Positions 47,499 through 58,433 are shown, counted from the stretch's first letter. The stretch: DNA of 64,000 bases from an uncultured Acidobacteriota bacterium (GCA_963764715.1 CAVXTP010000018.1:11966-75965); one strand, 5' to 3'. Notes: a model not told the origin generated them from the sequence alone. A program made the numbers and translations.

Positions 47499-47918
47499 AT
47501 GCCCGCATCCCGCATTCGTGTCGCCGCCATCGCCGTGCTGCTTTCGCTCGGCGCCGGCGCGCTGCTCTTCGGCGAGGGCGCCCAGGCGCCGGCCGCGGGC
47601 GGCAAGAAGGTCAACATCAACACCGCCTCGGCGGCGGAGCTCGCGTTCCTGCCTCGCATCGGCCTGAAGGTCGCCGAGCGCATCGTCGAAAGGCGCAAGG
47701 AGAAGCCGTTCGCCCGGCCCGAAGACCTCATGGAGGTCAAGGGCATCGGCGAGAAGCTCTTCCTGAGCCTGAAGCCCTACGTCTCCGTTTCCGGCCCCAC
47801 CACCCTCGACGCCAAGGTCCGCCTGTCCTCTTCTCCGTCCGCTCGCCGCGCTTCCTCCCCGGCGCCGGCGGCCCAGGAGAAGCCTGCGAACGCCGTCCCC
47901 GTGGGCAAGGGACGGTGA
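47499..47918 (+). CDS. comEA: ComEA-like helix-hairpin-helix DNA-binding protein
   Basis: VNINTAS..EL..LPRIG...A..IV..R...EDLMEVKGIG; signal peptide. Confidence 0.85.
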   Translation: MPASRIRVAAIAVLLSLGAGALLFGEGAQAPAAGGKKVNINTASAAELAFLPRIGLKVAERIVERRKEKPFARPEDLMEVKGIGEKLFLSLKPYVSVSGPTTLDAKVRLSSSPSARRASSPAPAAQEKPANAVPVGKGR

Positions 47919-48544
47919 CCCCTCCGCCCGCCCGGGGCCCTCGGGGCCCCGGGCCTTCCTCCTCTTGTGCGGGAGTCTCGGTGCCGGAGCTTCTCGTCAC
48001 GCTGATGCTCGGCGCGTGCCTGCTCCTCATGATCGCGCCGGGGGTCTGGTCGCTGCGCGAGTCGGTCGCGATCCGCAACGCGGTCCACGAGACGACGGTC
48101 GCCTTCTTCCGGGCGCGGTCGTACGCGATCTCGCGCGGGCGCAACGTCGGTCTCAAGTTCCGCCGCAACGGGGACCGGTGGGAGTGGGCGCTCTACGGGG
48201 ACGGCAACGGGAACGGGGTGCGCACGGCCGAGATCGCGAGCGGGGTCGATCGGCCCCTCGGCGTCTATCTGCCCTGGTCGCGCAACGACGTGCGGCCGGC
48301 GATCATGACCGGCATCCGGGTGCCCGACCCTTCGACGGCCGGGCGGTACCTCGACCGCATCGACGACCCGATCCGGTTCAACAACTCCGACATCTGCTCC
48401 TTCTCGCCGATCGGGGAGAGCACGCCGGGCTCGGTCTACCTCTGGAACGCGGGCGACCGCATGGCGGTGGTGCGGGTCTTCGGAACGACGGCGAAGATCC
48501 GGACCCTCTACTACCGTCGGGGAGAGAGAGGCTGGAAGCCATGA
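47915..48544 (+). CDS. FimT/GspH-like minor (pseudo)pilin
   Basis: G/VSVPELLVTL prepilin-like site, hydrophobic helix, ARSYAI. Confidence 0.75.
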   Translation: MTPPPARGPRGPGPSSSCAGVSVPELLVTLMLGACLLLMIAPGVWSLRESVAIRNAVHETTVAFFRARSYAISRGRNVGLKFRRNGDRWEWALYGDGNGNGVRTAEIASGVDRPLGVYLPWSRNDVRPAIMTGIRVPDPSTAGRYLDRIDDPIRFNNSDICSFSPIGESTPGSVYLWNAGDRMAVVRVFGTTAKIRTLYYRRGERGWKP

Positions 48545-49533
48545 TCGTTCCGATCGAAGCCGGCGAGGGCGTGGACCGCGACGACTCCATCGTCGCTCTC
48601 GGCCCAGAGAAGGGCTTTCTCATAGTGGGCTCCCTCGGGAACGCGGCCGCGAGCCGCGAGGCAGTCCGTCAGGCGCGCGCGCGCTCCCAGCGAAACGCCG
48701 TCCCAGACCGCCGAGCGGCGGATCTGCGCGCCGGAGCCGACGTCGCCGAGGCCGAGGACGCTTTCCGACGCGTCGAACCCGGCGCGCCGTGCGAGGACGC
48801 GCCGGTCCGCGTCGAAGACGCCGCTCCCCTTCGGGAAGGGTCCCCCGCGCGCGAGCGCTTCGAGCGACGCGCGGAGGAAATCGCCCGGGCGGCCGATATC
48901 GGCGTGCGGACCGTGGTGGAAGACGAAGCCGAGCTCCTCCCGCCCCGCGTCGAGGATCGGCTGCCAGAGGTGGGCGACGAGCGCCGTCTCGCCGGGCGGA
49001 ATGCGGGGCAGCAGCCGGGGCGAGAGGACGCAGACGCCCGTGTAGAGGAGCGCGCCTGGGCCGTGGAGGCCGAAGGCCGTGATGCGGTCCCCTTCGGCCT
49101 GAAGCGGCGTGTAGTGCTCCGGGTCCCGGTTTTCCGTGACGAGAAGCGTCGCGGGACGCCCGGAGGCCCGGTGGCGCGCGAGGAGCGAGCCGAAGTCGAC
49201 GTCGATCGCGGCGTCGGAGTTGACGACGAGGAAGTCGTCCTGCCCGAGGAACTCGGCCGCGTTGCGCAGGGCCCCGGCCGTTCCGAGAATCCGGGGCTCC
49301 GGGAAGAAGCGGAGCTCGGGAAAGTCCGCCGACTCCTGGCGCAGGTGGCGCTCGATCTGATCGCCCAGATGATGGAGATTAACCGCTACTTCGCCGACGC
49401 CGGCCTCGTGCAGGCGCCGGAGGTGTGCCACCGCGAGCGGGACGTTCAGAAAGGGTAGGAGCGGCTTCGGAATTCGTTCGGTCACCGGGCGGAAGCGCAG
49501 CCCGCGGCCGGCGCACAGCAGGATCGCCCGCAT
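48511..49533 (-). CDS. NDP-sugar nucleotidyltransferase family protein
   Basis: ILLCAGRGLRFRPVT..PKPLLP, VNLHHL, ILGTAG, VNSD. Confidence 0.88.
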   Translation of the reverse strand: MRAILLCAGRGLRFRPVTERIPKPLLPFLNVPLAVAHLRRLHEAGVGEVAVNLHHLGDQIERHLRQESADFPELRFFPEPRILGTAGALRNAAEFLGQDDFLVVNSDAAIDVDFGSLLARHRASGRPATLLVTENRDPEHYTPLQAEGDRITAFGLHGPGALLYTGVCVLSPRLLPRIPPGETALVAHLWQPILDAGREELGFVFHHGPHADIGRPGDFLRASLEALARGGPFPKGSGVFDADRRVLARRAGFDASESVLGLGDVGSGAQIRRSAVWDGVSLGARARLTDCLAARGRVPEGAHYEKALLWAESDDGVVAVHALAGFDRNDHGFQPLSPRR

Positions 49534-49537
49534 GGGG

Positions 49538-50113
49538 CTACGGCACGAAGACCATGTCCGGCGGGAGCGAGGGCTCGTCCTTCCGGCGCCGCGCGTAGAG
49601 CTCCGCGTAGGAGTACGGGACCGACTCCGAGGCGTCGAGCCCGAGCCGGGCGACGACCCGGCGGATCGTCGGCGGATCGCCCTCGATCTCGACGAATCGC
49701 CCGATCGGCGTCGTGTCGAGGGCCACGACCGCGCCCTCGCAGGTCCACTCCTCGCGCCGCTTGTCGTATCGAAAGCGCGGGGAGAGCCCGAGCCCGGCGA
49801 GGATGGCCACGGCTTCCTCGGCGTCGGAGACCTCGGTCTCGCGCTCCTCGCGGACCCTGGCGCCCGACTCGAAGCGGGCGGCGCCCTTGTAGGTCAGGAT
49901 CGCGCGCCCGTTGGCGCGGCGCAGGCGCACGGTCCGGCCGCTTCCGGAGAGCCTGCGCTCGGGGTCGTCGAAGAGGACGTTCGATTCGTCGTGCTCGGGC
50001 GCGAGCGGCCGGGCGCCGGCCGACCGGAGCCGCTCGCGGATCGGGGCGAGGTCGGAGACGGGGATCTTGACCTCGATTTCCTCCCGCGGGCCCGGAGCGT
50101 CGGGAGGGGTCAC
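49538..50113 (-). CDS. CYTH-domain (class IV adenylate cyclase-like) protein
   Basis: EIEVK, VRLRR, LTYKG, REERET, YDKRRE, FVEIEG. Confidence 0.88.
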   Translation of the reverse strand: MTPPDAPGPREEIEVKIPVSDLAPIRERLRSAGARPLAPEHDESNVLFDDPERRLSGSGRTVRLRRANGRAILTYKGAARFESGARVREERETEVSDAEEAVAILAGLGLSPRFRYDKRREEWTCEGAVVALDTTPIGRFVEIEGDPPTIRRVVARLGLDASESVPYSYAELYARRRKDEPSLPPDMVFVP

Positions 50114-50547
50114 GGGAGGAGGCGGCGGGCGATCTCCTGGGCCTTCTTGCCGTCGACGCGCCCCTTGTAGCCGGCCATGAGCTCCTTCATCAGGAGCCCC
50201 ACGTCCTTCGAGGCGGAGAAGCCCTTCTCCGCGACGATCGACCGGATCGCGGACTCGATCTCGGCGTCCGTGAGGCCCTTCGGAAGATAGCCCTCGAGGA
50301 TCGCGAGCTCCTCGGTTTCCGCGTCGACGAGGTCCTGGCGGCCGCCCCGCGCGTACTGTTCGATCGAGTCCCTGCGCTGCTTGACGGCGCGGCGCAGCAC
50401 GCTTTCGATTTCCTCGTCGGTAAGCGCGCGCTGGGCCTGGATCTTCTCGTTCTTGAGGGCGGCGAGCATCAGGCGCAGCGTCGCGACGCGGCGCTTGTCG
50501 CCGGCCTTCATCGCCGCCTTCAGGTCCTCTTCGATGCGGGCCTGCAT
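50110..50547 (-). CDS. GatB/YqeY domain protein
   Basis: [10 protein letters not shown]...[15 protein letters not shown]...YLP. Confidence 0.92.
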   Translation of the reverse strand: MQARIEEDLKAAMKAGDKRRVATLRLMLAALKNEKIQAQRALTDEEIESVLRRAVKQRRDSIEQYARGGRQDLVDAETEELAILEGYLPKGLTDAEIESAIRSIVAEKGFSASKDVGLLMKELMAGYKGRVDGKKAQEIARRLLP

Positions 50548-50592
50548 GCGCGGAGGCTATCACCGCCGAAGCGCCGCGGAAGGCGATAGCCT

Positions 50593-52497
50593 GTGCGCGT
50601 GCGGCGCTTCCTGATCGGCACGGCCGGCCACATCGACCACGGCAAGACGGCCCTCGTCAAGGCGTTGACGGGGATCGACGCCGACCGCCTGCCCGAAGAG
50701 AAGCGGCGGGGCATCACGATCGACCTCGGCTTCGCGCACGCCGAGTGGGACGGCGTGCGCATGTCCTTCGTCGACGTTCCCGGCCACGAGCGTTTCGTGC
50801 GCAACATGCTCGCCGGCGCCGGGGGCATCGAGGCCGTCCTCCTGGTCGTCGCCGCCGACGAATCCGTGATGCCGCAGACCCGCGAGCACTTCGAGATCGT
50901 CCGGATGCTGGGGATCCCGGCGGGCGTCGTGGCGCTGACGAAGATCGACCGGGCCGCGCCCGAGCTCGTCGAGGTGACGGCCGCCGACGTCCGGGAGCTC
51001 ACGCGGGGCTCCTTCCTCGAGGCGGCGCCGATCGTGCCGGTGTCCGCGCGCACCGGCGAAGGCCTCGAGGCGCTCAAGGCCGCGCTCGTCGAGGCGGCTC
51101 GGGCCGGTCGCCCGGGCGCTCGCGAGGAGGCCGTGACGCGGCTGCCGATCGACCGGGCGTTTCTCGTGCCCGGGTTCGGCCCCGTCGTCACGGGCAGCCT
51201 CGTCTCGGGAACGATCGCGCGCGAACGGAAGCTGGAGCTTCTCCCCGAGCGCAAGCCCGTGCGGGTCCGCCGCGTCGAGGTTCACGGGCGCGAGGAGGAC
51301 GTTGCGCGGGCGGGCGAGCGCGTGAGCGTGAATCTCGCGGGCGTCGAGCTGTCGGACCTCCGGCGGGGCATGGTGCTGGCGGAGCCCGGGGCGATCGCGA
51401 CCTCGGAGCGCCTGATCGCGCGCCTGGACCTTCTGCCGTCGGCGCCGCCGCTGAAGAGCGGCGACCGCGTGGCCTTCCACCACTTCGCCTCGGAGGCGAC
51501 GGCCGGCGTCCGCATTCTCGACGCGCCCGGGATTTCCGGCGGCGGGTCGGCGCGCGTGGCGCTGCGGTTCGCGTCGCCGGTCGCGGCCGCCGCCGGAGAC
51601 CGGTTCGTCGTGCGCCGGCTTTCGCCGGTCGAGACGATCGGCGGCGGAGTCGTGCTCGACCCGCGGCCCGCGGCGGTGCGGGGCCGCGCCGACGAGGCGC
51701 GCCGCCAGGCCCTCGACCGCCTGGAGCACGGTTCGCTCGGCGATCGCCTCGTCCTGTGGATCGAGGAGGCGCGCGAGCACGGCGCGGCCGAAGACGACCT
51801 GGCGCAGCGCGCCGGGACCTCTCCCGAGGCCGTCCGGAGGGCGCTCGCGCCGGCGCTCGCCGAGGGCCTCATCCGGGCGCTCCGGACCTCGCCCGACCGC
51901 TACATGGCGGAGGCCGCGCTGGCTCGCCTCGCCGCGCGGGCCACCGCCGAGCTCGGGAAGCTCGCGGCCGCGGGCTCGACGTCGGTCGGCGTCCCGCGCG
52001 GGACCCTTCTGCAGAAGCTCCTGCCGCGGGCGGACCCGCGCTGGGCCGAAGCGGTGGAGGCGGCCCTCGTCGCCCGGGGCGCGATCGTCATCGCGGCCGA
52101 CGAGGCGCGGGCCCCGGGCCGCGACGACCTCGCCGGGGCGGATCGCGAGCTCTCGGCGCGGATCGCGGACGTGTTCCGGGAGCGCGGTCTCGAGCCGCCC
52201 TCGCCCTCCGAAGTGGCGGCCCTCGTCCAGCGCCACCCGAAGGTGATCGAAGGGCTGATCGGCTATCTCGCGAAGAAGGGCGCCCTCGTCCGCCTCCCGG
52301 GGGGCTGGATCGTCGCGCGCGAGGCCGTCGACTCCGTGGTCGAGCGGCTACGCGCCTCGGGGAAGAAGGCCGTGGACGTCGGCGAGTTCAAGGCGATGTT
52401 CGGCCTCACGCGGCGCCTGGCGATCCCGCTGCTCGAGCACCTCGACGCGACGCGGGTGACACGGCGGGTCGGCGACCGGCGCGAGGTTCTCGGGTGA
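50593..52497 (+). CDS. selB: Selenocysteine-specific elongation factor
   Basis: [31 protein letters not shown]; C-terminal winged helix [22 protein letters not shown]. Confidence 0.95.
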   Translation: MRVRRFLIGTAGHIDHGKTALVKALTGIDADRLPEEKRRGITIDLGFAHAEWDGVRMSFVDVPGHERFVRNMLAGAGGIEAVLLVVAADESVMPQTREHFEIVRMLGIPAGVVALTKIDRAAPELVEVTAADVRELTRGSFLEAAPIVPVSARTGEGLEALKAALVEAARAGRPGAREEAVTRLPIDRAFLVPGFGPVVTGSLVSGTIARERKLELLPERKPVRVRRVEVHGREEDVARAGERVSVNLAGVELSDLRRGMVLAEPGAIATSERLIARLDLLPSAPPLKSGDRVAFHHFASEATAGVRILDAPGISGGGSARVALRFASPVAAAAGDRFVVRRLSPVETIGGGVVLDPRPAAVRGRADEARRQALDRLEHGSLGDRLVLWIEEAREHGAAEDDLAQRAGTSPEAVRRALAPALAEGLIRALRTSPDRYMAEAALARLAARATAELGKLAAAGSTSVGVPRGTLLQKLLPRADPRWAEAVEAALVARGAIVIAADEARAPGRDDLAGADRELSARIADVFRERGLEPPSPSEVAALVQRHPKVIEGLIGYLAKKGALVRLPGGWIVAREAVDSVVERLRASGKKAVDVGEFKAMFGLTRRLAIPLLEHLDATRVTRRVGDRREVLG

Positions 52498-52504
52498 GGC
52501 GGGG

Positions 52505-53557
52505 CTAGGGCCCGATCGCGCGGCGGAGCGCCGAGATCTGCTTGATCTCGTCGTCGAAGCTGATCTGGCCGCCGAGCACGAGCTCGTTCCAGGACTCGAC
52601 CGGCGCGCCTTTGGACTGGGCCGGCTTCAGCGTCCAGGCCCCCATCGCGCGGCGGAAGTACGCGAGGAGCACCGGGTCGCTGATCTCGATCGGGATCGCG
52701 CGCGCGACGCGGCCCGTCTTGTCGACCTGCACCCAGTATTTCGCCGAGAAGGGTCCCTTGTAGGAGTCCGCGCTCCACGGCGCCTTCTGCGGGATCGGAG
52801 CGGAGTCGACCTCGAGGATCGAGACCGTCCCGTCGGTCGGCGGGGGCGGCCGCCGGCCATCGAGCCAGTCGGCTTCGGCCGGCCACGCGAACGGCGAGGG
52901 CAGCGGCGTCGTCGGCGTGATCGGCATCATCGCCGCCTGCGTGACTTTTGGCGCGTCGATCTCGACGGCGAGGTCGAGGCGATACGCGCCCCAGGTGTCG
53001 ACGGGCTGCCCGCCGCGGCGCGCGGGCGTGATCGTCCACCGCTGAATCGACTTCATCGTCTCGGCCGCGAGCGAGGGAATCGGATCCCGGTCGCGCCGGA
53101 CCGCGAGCGGCTTTCCGGTCGGGTCGACGTGGACCGAGACGAAGAATCCGGCCGACATCTTCGCGTCGGTGAAGGGGAGCTTGGGGGGCAGCGCCGCCGG
53201 CGCGTCGAGGACGCGGCCGTAGGGGTTCTCCGCCGGGATCTTCGCGACCCAGACGTTCGGAGCGTCGACGATGCGCACGGGAGGAGCCGCCGCCGGGCCC
53301 GGCGACACGACGGGCGCCGCCGGCGCGGAAGCGGCGCCGGGAGACGGAGCGCCCGAAGGCGCGGGCACGGGCGGCGGAGTCGGGGCCGCGGCGGGTGCGG
53401 GAGCGGAACCGGGCGCGTCGGCCGGCTGAGGTGTCGGCGCCGGAGCGGGGTCCTGCGCGAGCAAGGCCCGGCCGATGGATGCGGCGAGCAGGGCCGCGGC
53501 CCACGAACCTCTCAGGGCGAAGCGCATGCGTTTGTCCCGAAGTATATGGGAAATCAA
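52505..53557 (-). CDS. Exported protein with Pro/Ala linker and two TonB-C-like domains
   Basis: Signal peptide; repeats V.VD..G...W...PA...G.PV; start uncertain. Confidence 0.65.
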   Translation of the reverse strand: MISHILRDKRMRFALRGSWAAALLAASIGRALLAQDPAPAPTPQPADAPGSAPAPAAAPTPPPVPAPSGAPSPGAASAPAAPVVSPGPAAAPPVRIVDAPNVWVAKIPAENPYGRVLDAPAALPPKLPFTDAKMSAGFFVSVHVDPTGKPLAVRRDRDPIPSLAAETMKSIQRWTITPARRGGQPVDTWGAYRLDLAVEIDAPKVTQAAMMPITPTTPLPSPFAWPAEADWLDGRRPPPPTDGTVSILEVDSAPIPQKAPWSADSYKGPFSAKYWVQVDKTGRVARAIPIEISDPVLLAYFRRAMGAWTLKPAQSKGAPVESWNELVLGGQISFDDEIKQISALRRAIGP

Positions 53558-53636
53558 CGGCCCGCCGGGCGGTTGCGAGGGTCGCCGCCGGCCGTCATCC
53601 GAGCGCGGCGACTCGGGGACGGACGATGGATCGCGG

Positions 53637-56243
53637 TCACTTGGCTTCGAGCCAGTTCGTTCCGGAGCCGACCTCGACGGCCAGACGGACCTTGAGCTGC
53701 GCCGCCCCCTCCATGACCTCGCGGACGAGGACCTCGACCTGCGGGACCTCGGACTCGGGCGCCTCGAGGACGAGCTCGTCGTGGACCTGCAGCGACAGGC
53801 GCGCCGTCAGGCCCGCGGCCGGGAGCGCCGCGTCGAGGCGGATCATGGCGATCTTGATGACGTCGGCGGCCGTCCCCTGGAAGGGGGCGTTCAGGGCCAT
53901 GCGCTCGGCGTTCGCCCGCACGCCCGCGTTCGACGCGGCGATCTCGGGGATCGGCCGGACCCGCCCGAAGAGCGTCGAGACTTCGCGCTTCTCGCGGGCC
54001 ACCGCGAGGATGGCGTCGAGGCAGCCGCGCACCCGGGGAAACTGGGCGAAGTAGGCCTCGATGAAGGTCTTCGCTTCCGAGGTCGGAACGCCGAGGTCCC
54101 GGGAGAGCGAGTAGGCGCCCATGCCGTAGAGAAGGCCGAAGTTGATCCGCTTGGCGGCGAAGCGCATCTCGTGCGTCACGAGGTCGGGCGCGACGCCGAA
54201 GACGCGGGCCGCGGTGGCGCGGTGGATGTCCATGCCCTGCTCGAACGCCGAGACGAGGGCCTCGTCTCCCGACATGTGCGCCAGGATCCGCAGCTCGATC
54301 TGCGAGTAGTCGGCGACGACGAGCCGCCGGCCGGGCGGGGCGACGAACGCCCGCCGGATCTCCCGGCCCGCGGCCGTGCGGATCGGGATGTTCTGGAGGT
54401 TCGGGTCCGAGGACGACAGGCGCCCGGTCGCGGCGACGGTCTGGCGGAAGGAGGTGTGCACGCGGCCGCCCGCGTCCGCGAGGACCGGCAGCGCGTCCAC
54501 GTAGGTGCCCTTGAGCTTGGAGATCTCGCGAAACTCCAGAACGCGGCGCGGGAGCGACAGCCCCTGCTCGGCGAGCTCCGTGAGCACCTCGACGCCGGTC
54601 GAGGAGGACCGCGTCTTCGCCGTCTTCTTGAGCACGGGGTACTTGAGCTTTTCGAAGAGGATCTGGCCGAGCTGGACCGGGGAGTTGACGTTGAACTCCT
54701 CGCCGGCCTCCTCCCAGATCGTCCGCTCGAGGGCCCGCAGGTCCGTCTCCATGCGCGCCGACATCTCGTTCAGGAAGGGCGCGTCGATGGCAACCCCGAA
54801 GAGCTCCATCCGCGCCAGGACCCGGGTCAGGGGACGCTCCATCTCGCGGTAGATCTTCTCGAGCCCGGGCCGCGCCTCGAGGTCCGCCGCGAGAAGCGGC
54901 GCCAGGGCCGCCGCCGCCGCCGCGCGCTCGGTCAGCCACCGGTCCGCGGCCTCGATCGCGTACTCCTTCGGCAGCACGCCGTCGGAGACGCCGGCCTCCT
55001 TGTCGGGCGAGATCTTCTGGCCGAGCCGCTGGAAGAGCAGCGGCTCGATCTCCGCGCTGCCGACGCCGGAGGACAGGACGTACTGGGCGAGGCCCACGTC
55101 GAAAATGCTTCCCCGGAACGTCCGGTCGCGCGCCGCGAGGAGACGTTCGAGCGGCTTGGCGTCGGGCGCGGCGAACGAGGCGCCCGGCCGGTCGAGGGCG
55201 TCCCAGCGGGCGAGAATCGCCTCTTCCGAGCCCTCGGCGATCTGCACGCTCGGGCCGTCGGCGACCGCAAGGAGGCGTTCGCCCGCGTGCGAGAGCAGGG
55301 CCACGCCCCGGGTCGATGCGCCGCCCGCGGCGATCGCCTCGTCCGGCCCGAGGCGGCGGGACGTCAGCTGCGCGGACGCCTCCTCGCCGTGGATCTCGGC
55401 CGCCAGCGAGTGGAACTCGAGCTCCACGAAGAGGCCCTTCAGCTTGTCGTTGTCGGGGGACGCGCGCCGGAGCGCCTCAGGGTCGAACGGGATCGGCAGG
55501 TCGCAGCGGATCGCGGCCAGGCGCCGGGAGAGCAGGGCGTCCTCGGTGTGCTCCCGCAGGCTTTCGCCGACCTTGCCCTTGACCTCGCCCGCCCGCGCGA
55601 GGAGCTCGTCCAGGCTGCCGTACTCCGAGATCCACTTCTTGGCCGTGACCTCGCCCACGCGAGGAACCCCGGGAATGTTGTCCGAGGCGTCGCCCATGAG
55701 CGCGAGCACGTCGACGACCTGGGCCGGCGGGACACCGAAGAACTCGACGACGCCCTTCTCGTCGAGGAACTTCTCGCGCCCGGTGTGGAAGACGCGGATC
55801 CGGCCGCCCTCGACGAGCTGGAGCATGTCCTTGTCGGCCGTCACGATGACGACGTCGAAGCCCGCCTCGGCCGCCCGCCGGGACAGGGTGCCGATGACGT
55901 CGTCGGCTTCGTAGCCCGGCAGCTCGAGGACCGGGATCCGGTAGGCGTCGAGGACGCGGCGGATCTCGGGGATCTGAGTCGAGAGGTCCATCTCCATGGC
56001 CGGGCGGTTGGCCTTGTAGCCGTCGAACTCGGCGTGCCGGACCGTCTTCTCCGCCCGGTCGAAGGCCACGGCGAGGTAGTCGGTCGGGTGCTCCCGGAGC
56101 ATCTTGCGGAGCATCGTGACGAACCCGTAGACGGCGTTGGTCGGCCGCCCGGTCGAGGTCGAGAGTCCCCGGATCGCGTGGTACGCCCGGTGGATGTTGG
56201 ACATGGCGTCCACGAGATAGAGAGTCGGTCGGGCCTCCGGCAT
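53637..56243 (-). CDS. polA: DNA polymerase I
   Basis: YEADD, GDASDNIPGV, TGRLSSSDPNLQNIP, ADYSQIELR, QVHDEL; proofreading domain looks degenerate. Confidence 0.97.
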   Translation of the reverse strand: MPEARPTLYLVDAMSNIHRAYHAIRGLSTSTGRPTNAVYGFVTMLRKMLREHPTDYLAVAFDRAEKTVRHAEFDGYKANRPAMEMDLSTQIPEIRRVLDAYRIPVLELPGYEADDVIGTLSRRAAEAGFDVVIVTADKDMLQLVEGGRIRVFHTGREKFLDEKGVVEFFGVPPAQVVDVLALMGDASDNIPGVPRVGEVTAKKWISEYGSLDELLARAGEVKGKVGESLREHTEDALLSRRLAAIRCDLPIPFDPEALRRASPDNDKLKGLFVELEFHSLAAEIHGEEASAQLTSRRLGPDEAIAAGGASTRGVALLSHAGERLLAVADGPSVQIAEGSEEAILARWDALDRPGASFAAPDAKPLERLLAARDRTFRGSIFDVGLAQYVLSSGVGSAEIEPLLFQRLGQKISPDKEAGVSDGVLPKEYAIEAADRWLTERAAAAAALAPLLAADLEARPGLEKIYREMERPLTRVLARMELFGVAIDAPFLNEMSARMETDLRALERTIWEEAGEEFNVNSPVQLGQILFEKLKYPVLKKTAKTRSSSTGVEVLTELAEQGLSLPRRVLEFREISKLKGTYVDALPVLADAGGRVHTSFRQTVAATGRLSSSDPNLQNIPIRTAAGREIRRAFVAPPGRRLVVADYSQIELRILAHMSGDEALVSAFEQGMDIHRATAARVFGVAPDLVTHEMRFAAKRINFGLLYGMGAYSLSRDLGVPTSEAKTFIEAYFAQFPRVRGCLDAILAVAREKREVSTLFGRVRPIPEIAASNAGVRANAERMALNAPFQGTAADVIKIAMIRLDAALPAAGLTARLSLQVHDELVLEAPESEVPQVEVLVREVMEGAAQLKVRLAVEVGSGTNWLEAK

Positions 56244-56412
56244 TGGAAGCCGGATTCTATGGCGCGCGGAGAAACGGCTTCCGACCCGGACGAAAGGGGC
56301 CTTTGGCGCGCTCCGGGACTGTGCCGTCCAGCCGCGATCCGCGGATCGAGGCGCGCGGTGCGCCGCGGAACCGGAGCGCGCTCAGGGGATTGGGCGGGAG
56401 AGAGGGGGGGCC

Positions 56413-56450
56413 AAAAACAAAACCGCGCGACCCGTTGCCGGTGTCGCGCG
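56413..56450 (-). terminator. Intrinsic terminator between the cyclodeaminase gene and polA
   Basis: CGCGCGAC...GTCGCGCG followed by GTTTTGTTTTT. Confidence 0.7.
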
Positions 56451-56463
56451 ATTCGATTTACCC

Positions 56464-56492
56464 AGCTTACGAAAATCGCTCGAAAGTGTCAA
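56464..56492 (-). promoter_or_regulatory. Sigma70 promoter TTGACA-N17-TAAGCT
   Basis: Consensus -35, 17-bp spacer, 4/6 match at -10. Confidence 0.65.
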
Positions 56493-56547
56493 GCGAATTC
56501 GTCCGCGCGTCGGCGGGATGGCAAGCCCCGTGTTGTCAGCGGGTTGA

Positions 56548-57177
56548 CTAGAAGCGTTTGCGCACGATCGCGAGCACCTGGGAGCGCAAACGCTGGGATT
56601 CCTCCTGGAGCACGGCGGTTTCCTTCTGCATCTCGGACACGAAGGCCGCGTCCTCGACGCCGGAGAGGTTGATCCCGACGTTCAGCAGGGCCCCTTCGAC
56701 GCAGGCGTCGAGGAGAAGGGCGGCGGCCCCGACGTCCGAGGCGGCGTTGGGATTGCCCTTTTCGGCGAGCTCGGGCAGCGCCGCGAGGAGCCGGACGGCG
56801 GCCCGCGCCGTCCGCATGGGCACTTCGGTGGCCCGGCGGTTCGCGACGGCGATGCGCCGGGCGCGGGCGGCCTTCTGTTCGTCCGTGTCCTTGGGCGCCC
56901 TCCGCGCGGCGACGACCTCGTCGTAGGCCTGCGAGTCCTCCCGCGCGAGGTCGAGGAACTCGGCGCGCGCGAGCTCGCCGGCTTCGGCGATCGGCCGGAC
57001 GGCGTCGTGCGAGGCGGCGTATTTTTCCTTCGAGAGCGTCAGGGCCGCCACCATCTGGGCGAGCGCCGCGCCCATCGCCCCGCCCGTCGCCGCGGCCGTG
57101 CCCCCGCCGGGCGTGGGCGCCTCCGAGGCGAGGGCATCGAGGAACCGCTCGAGCGAGAGGGCCGCGAAGTTCGTCAC
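56548..57177 (-). CDS. Formiminotetrahydrofolate cyclodeaminase/cyclohydrolase family
   Basis: FLDALAS..PTPGGG, ED..AY, VP, KGNPNAASD, LNVGINL. Confidence 0.9.
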   Translation of the reverse strand: MTNFAALSLERFLDALASEAPTPGGGTAAATGGAMGAALAQMVAALTLSKEKYAASHDAVRPIAEAGELARAEFLDLAREDSQAYDEVVAARRAPKDTDEQKAARARRIAVANRRATEVPMRTARAAVRLLAALPELAEKGNPNAASDVGAAALLLDACVEGALLNVGINLSGVEDAAFVSEMQKETAVLQEESQRLRSQVLAIVRKRF

Positions 57178-58433
57178 GTCCGGCTGCCTTCCACGACGCG
57201 GCCGCGCAAGACGACGGCGTCGACCAGGTTGACCCCCCAATGATAGATGAGGTGGCGGTCGTCCGGGGCGTCCAGAACCAGGAGGTCCGCCGACTTCCCG
57301 GCCTCGAGGCTGCCGGTCTCGCCGGCGAGCCCGAGGGAGGCCGCGGCGTTGAGCGTCATGCCGGTCAGCGTTTCCTCGACCGAGAGGCCCGAGTCGAGGC
57401 AGGCGTGTCCGGCGACGGCCGGCAGCGATTCGGTGCAGCAGGTTCCCGGGTTCGAGTCCGAGGCGACGGCCACGGGGACCCCGGCCTCGATGAGCGCCCG
57501 CGCCGGCGCCCGCCGCGAGCGCATCCACCAGGCCGTCCCCGGCAGGATCACGGCCACGGTGCCGGCCCGGGCGAGCGCCGCGATCTCGGCCTCTTCGATG
57601 AAGAGGAGATGATCGGCCGAAGCCGCACGAAGCTCGGCGGCGAGCATGGCGCCGCCCGAGCGCGCGAGTTCGTCGGCGTGGACGCGCAGGCCCATCGAGG
57701 CCCTTCGGCCCGCCTCGAGAATCGTGCGGGACTCGTCGACCGTGAAGACGCCGGTCTCGCAGAAGACGTCGCAATACCGGGCGAGCCCGTCCGCGGCGGC
57801 GCGGGGAACGATCTCCTCGGCCACGATCCGGACCCATTCGCCCCGGTTTCCCGCGTGCTCGGGCGGGATCTCGTGCGCGGCCAGGAGCGTCGGCACGAGG
57901 CGGGGCAGCGCCGGGTCCGTCCCGAGGTCGCGCAGGAGCGCGAGGGCGCGGATCTCGTCCTTCGTGGTCAGGCCGTATCCCGACTTGGCCTCGGCGGTCG
58001 TCGTCCCGTGGGCGAGCATGCGGCCGAGGCGGCGCCGGACGGTCGAGGCGAGCTCCTCGTCCGTGCCGGCGCGGGTGGCGCGGACCGTGGCGTTGATCCC
58101 GCCGCCCTCGGCCGCGATCGCGGCGTAAGACTCGCCCGCCAGCCGCCGGCCGATCTCGGGGCCCCGGTCGCCCAGCCAGACCGGGTGCGTGTGCGCGTCG
58201 ACGAGTCCCGGGACGACGGCGCGGCCGCGCGCGTCGAGCACGGCGCCGGCGGGCCGCCCGGCGTACTGCCGGACGTAGTCCTTCTCGGCGCCGGCGAAGA
58301 CGATGCGGCCGTCCTCGGCGCGGACCGCGGCGTCCCGCAGGCGGAGGATCTCGCCCTGCGCGCGCCCGCGCCGGGCCTCCCGGCCGAGGGGCGTCGCGAG
58401 GCACCCGATGTTGCGGATCTCGAGGGAGGCCAT
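57174..58433 (-). CDS. hutI: Imidazolonepropionase
   Basis: PGLVDAHTH, GGGINATV, EAKSGYGL, DVFCE, HADE, ADHL, SDSNPG. Confidence 0.95.
   Translation of the reverse strand: MASLEIRNIGCLATPLGREARRGRAQGEILRLRDAAVRAEDGRIVFAGAEKDYVRQYAGRPAGAVLDARGRAVVPGLVDAHTHPVWLGDRGPEIGRRLAGESYAAIAAEGGGINATVRATRAGTDEELASTVRRRLGRMLAHGTTTAEAKSGYGLTTKDEIRALALLRDLGTDPALPRLVPTLLAAHEIPPEHAGNRGEWVRIVAEEIVPRAAADGLARYCDVFCETGVFTVDESRTILEAGRRASMGLRVHADELARSGGAMLAAELRAASADHLLFIEEAEIAALARAGTVAVILPGTAWWMRSRRAPARALIEAGVPVAVASDSNPGTCCTESLPAVAGHACLDSGLSVEETLTGMTLNAAASLGLAGETGSLEAGKSADLLVLDAPDDRHLIYHWGVNLVDAVVLRGRVVEGSRT

Noticed and set aside
47498-47509. GATGC-CC-GCATC palindrome at the comEA start
   Set aside because: 2-bp rather than 4-bp spacer and overlaps coding sequence
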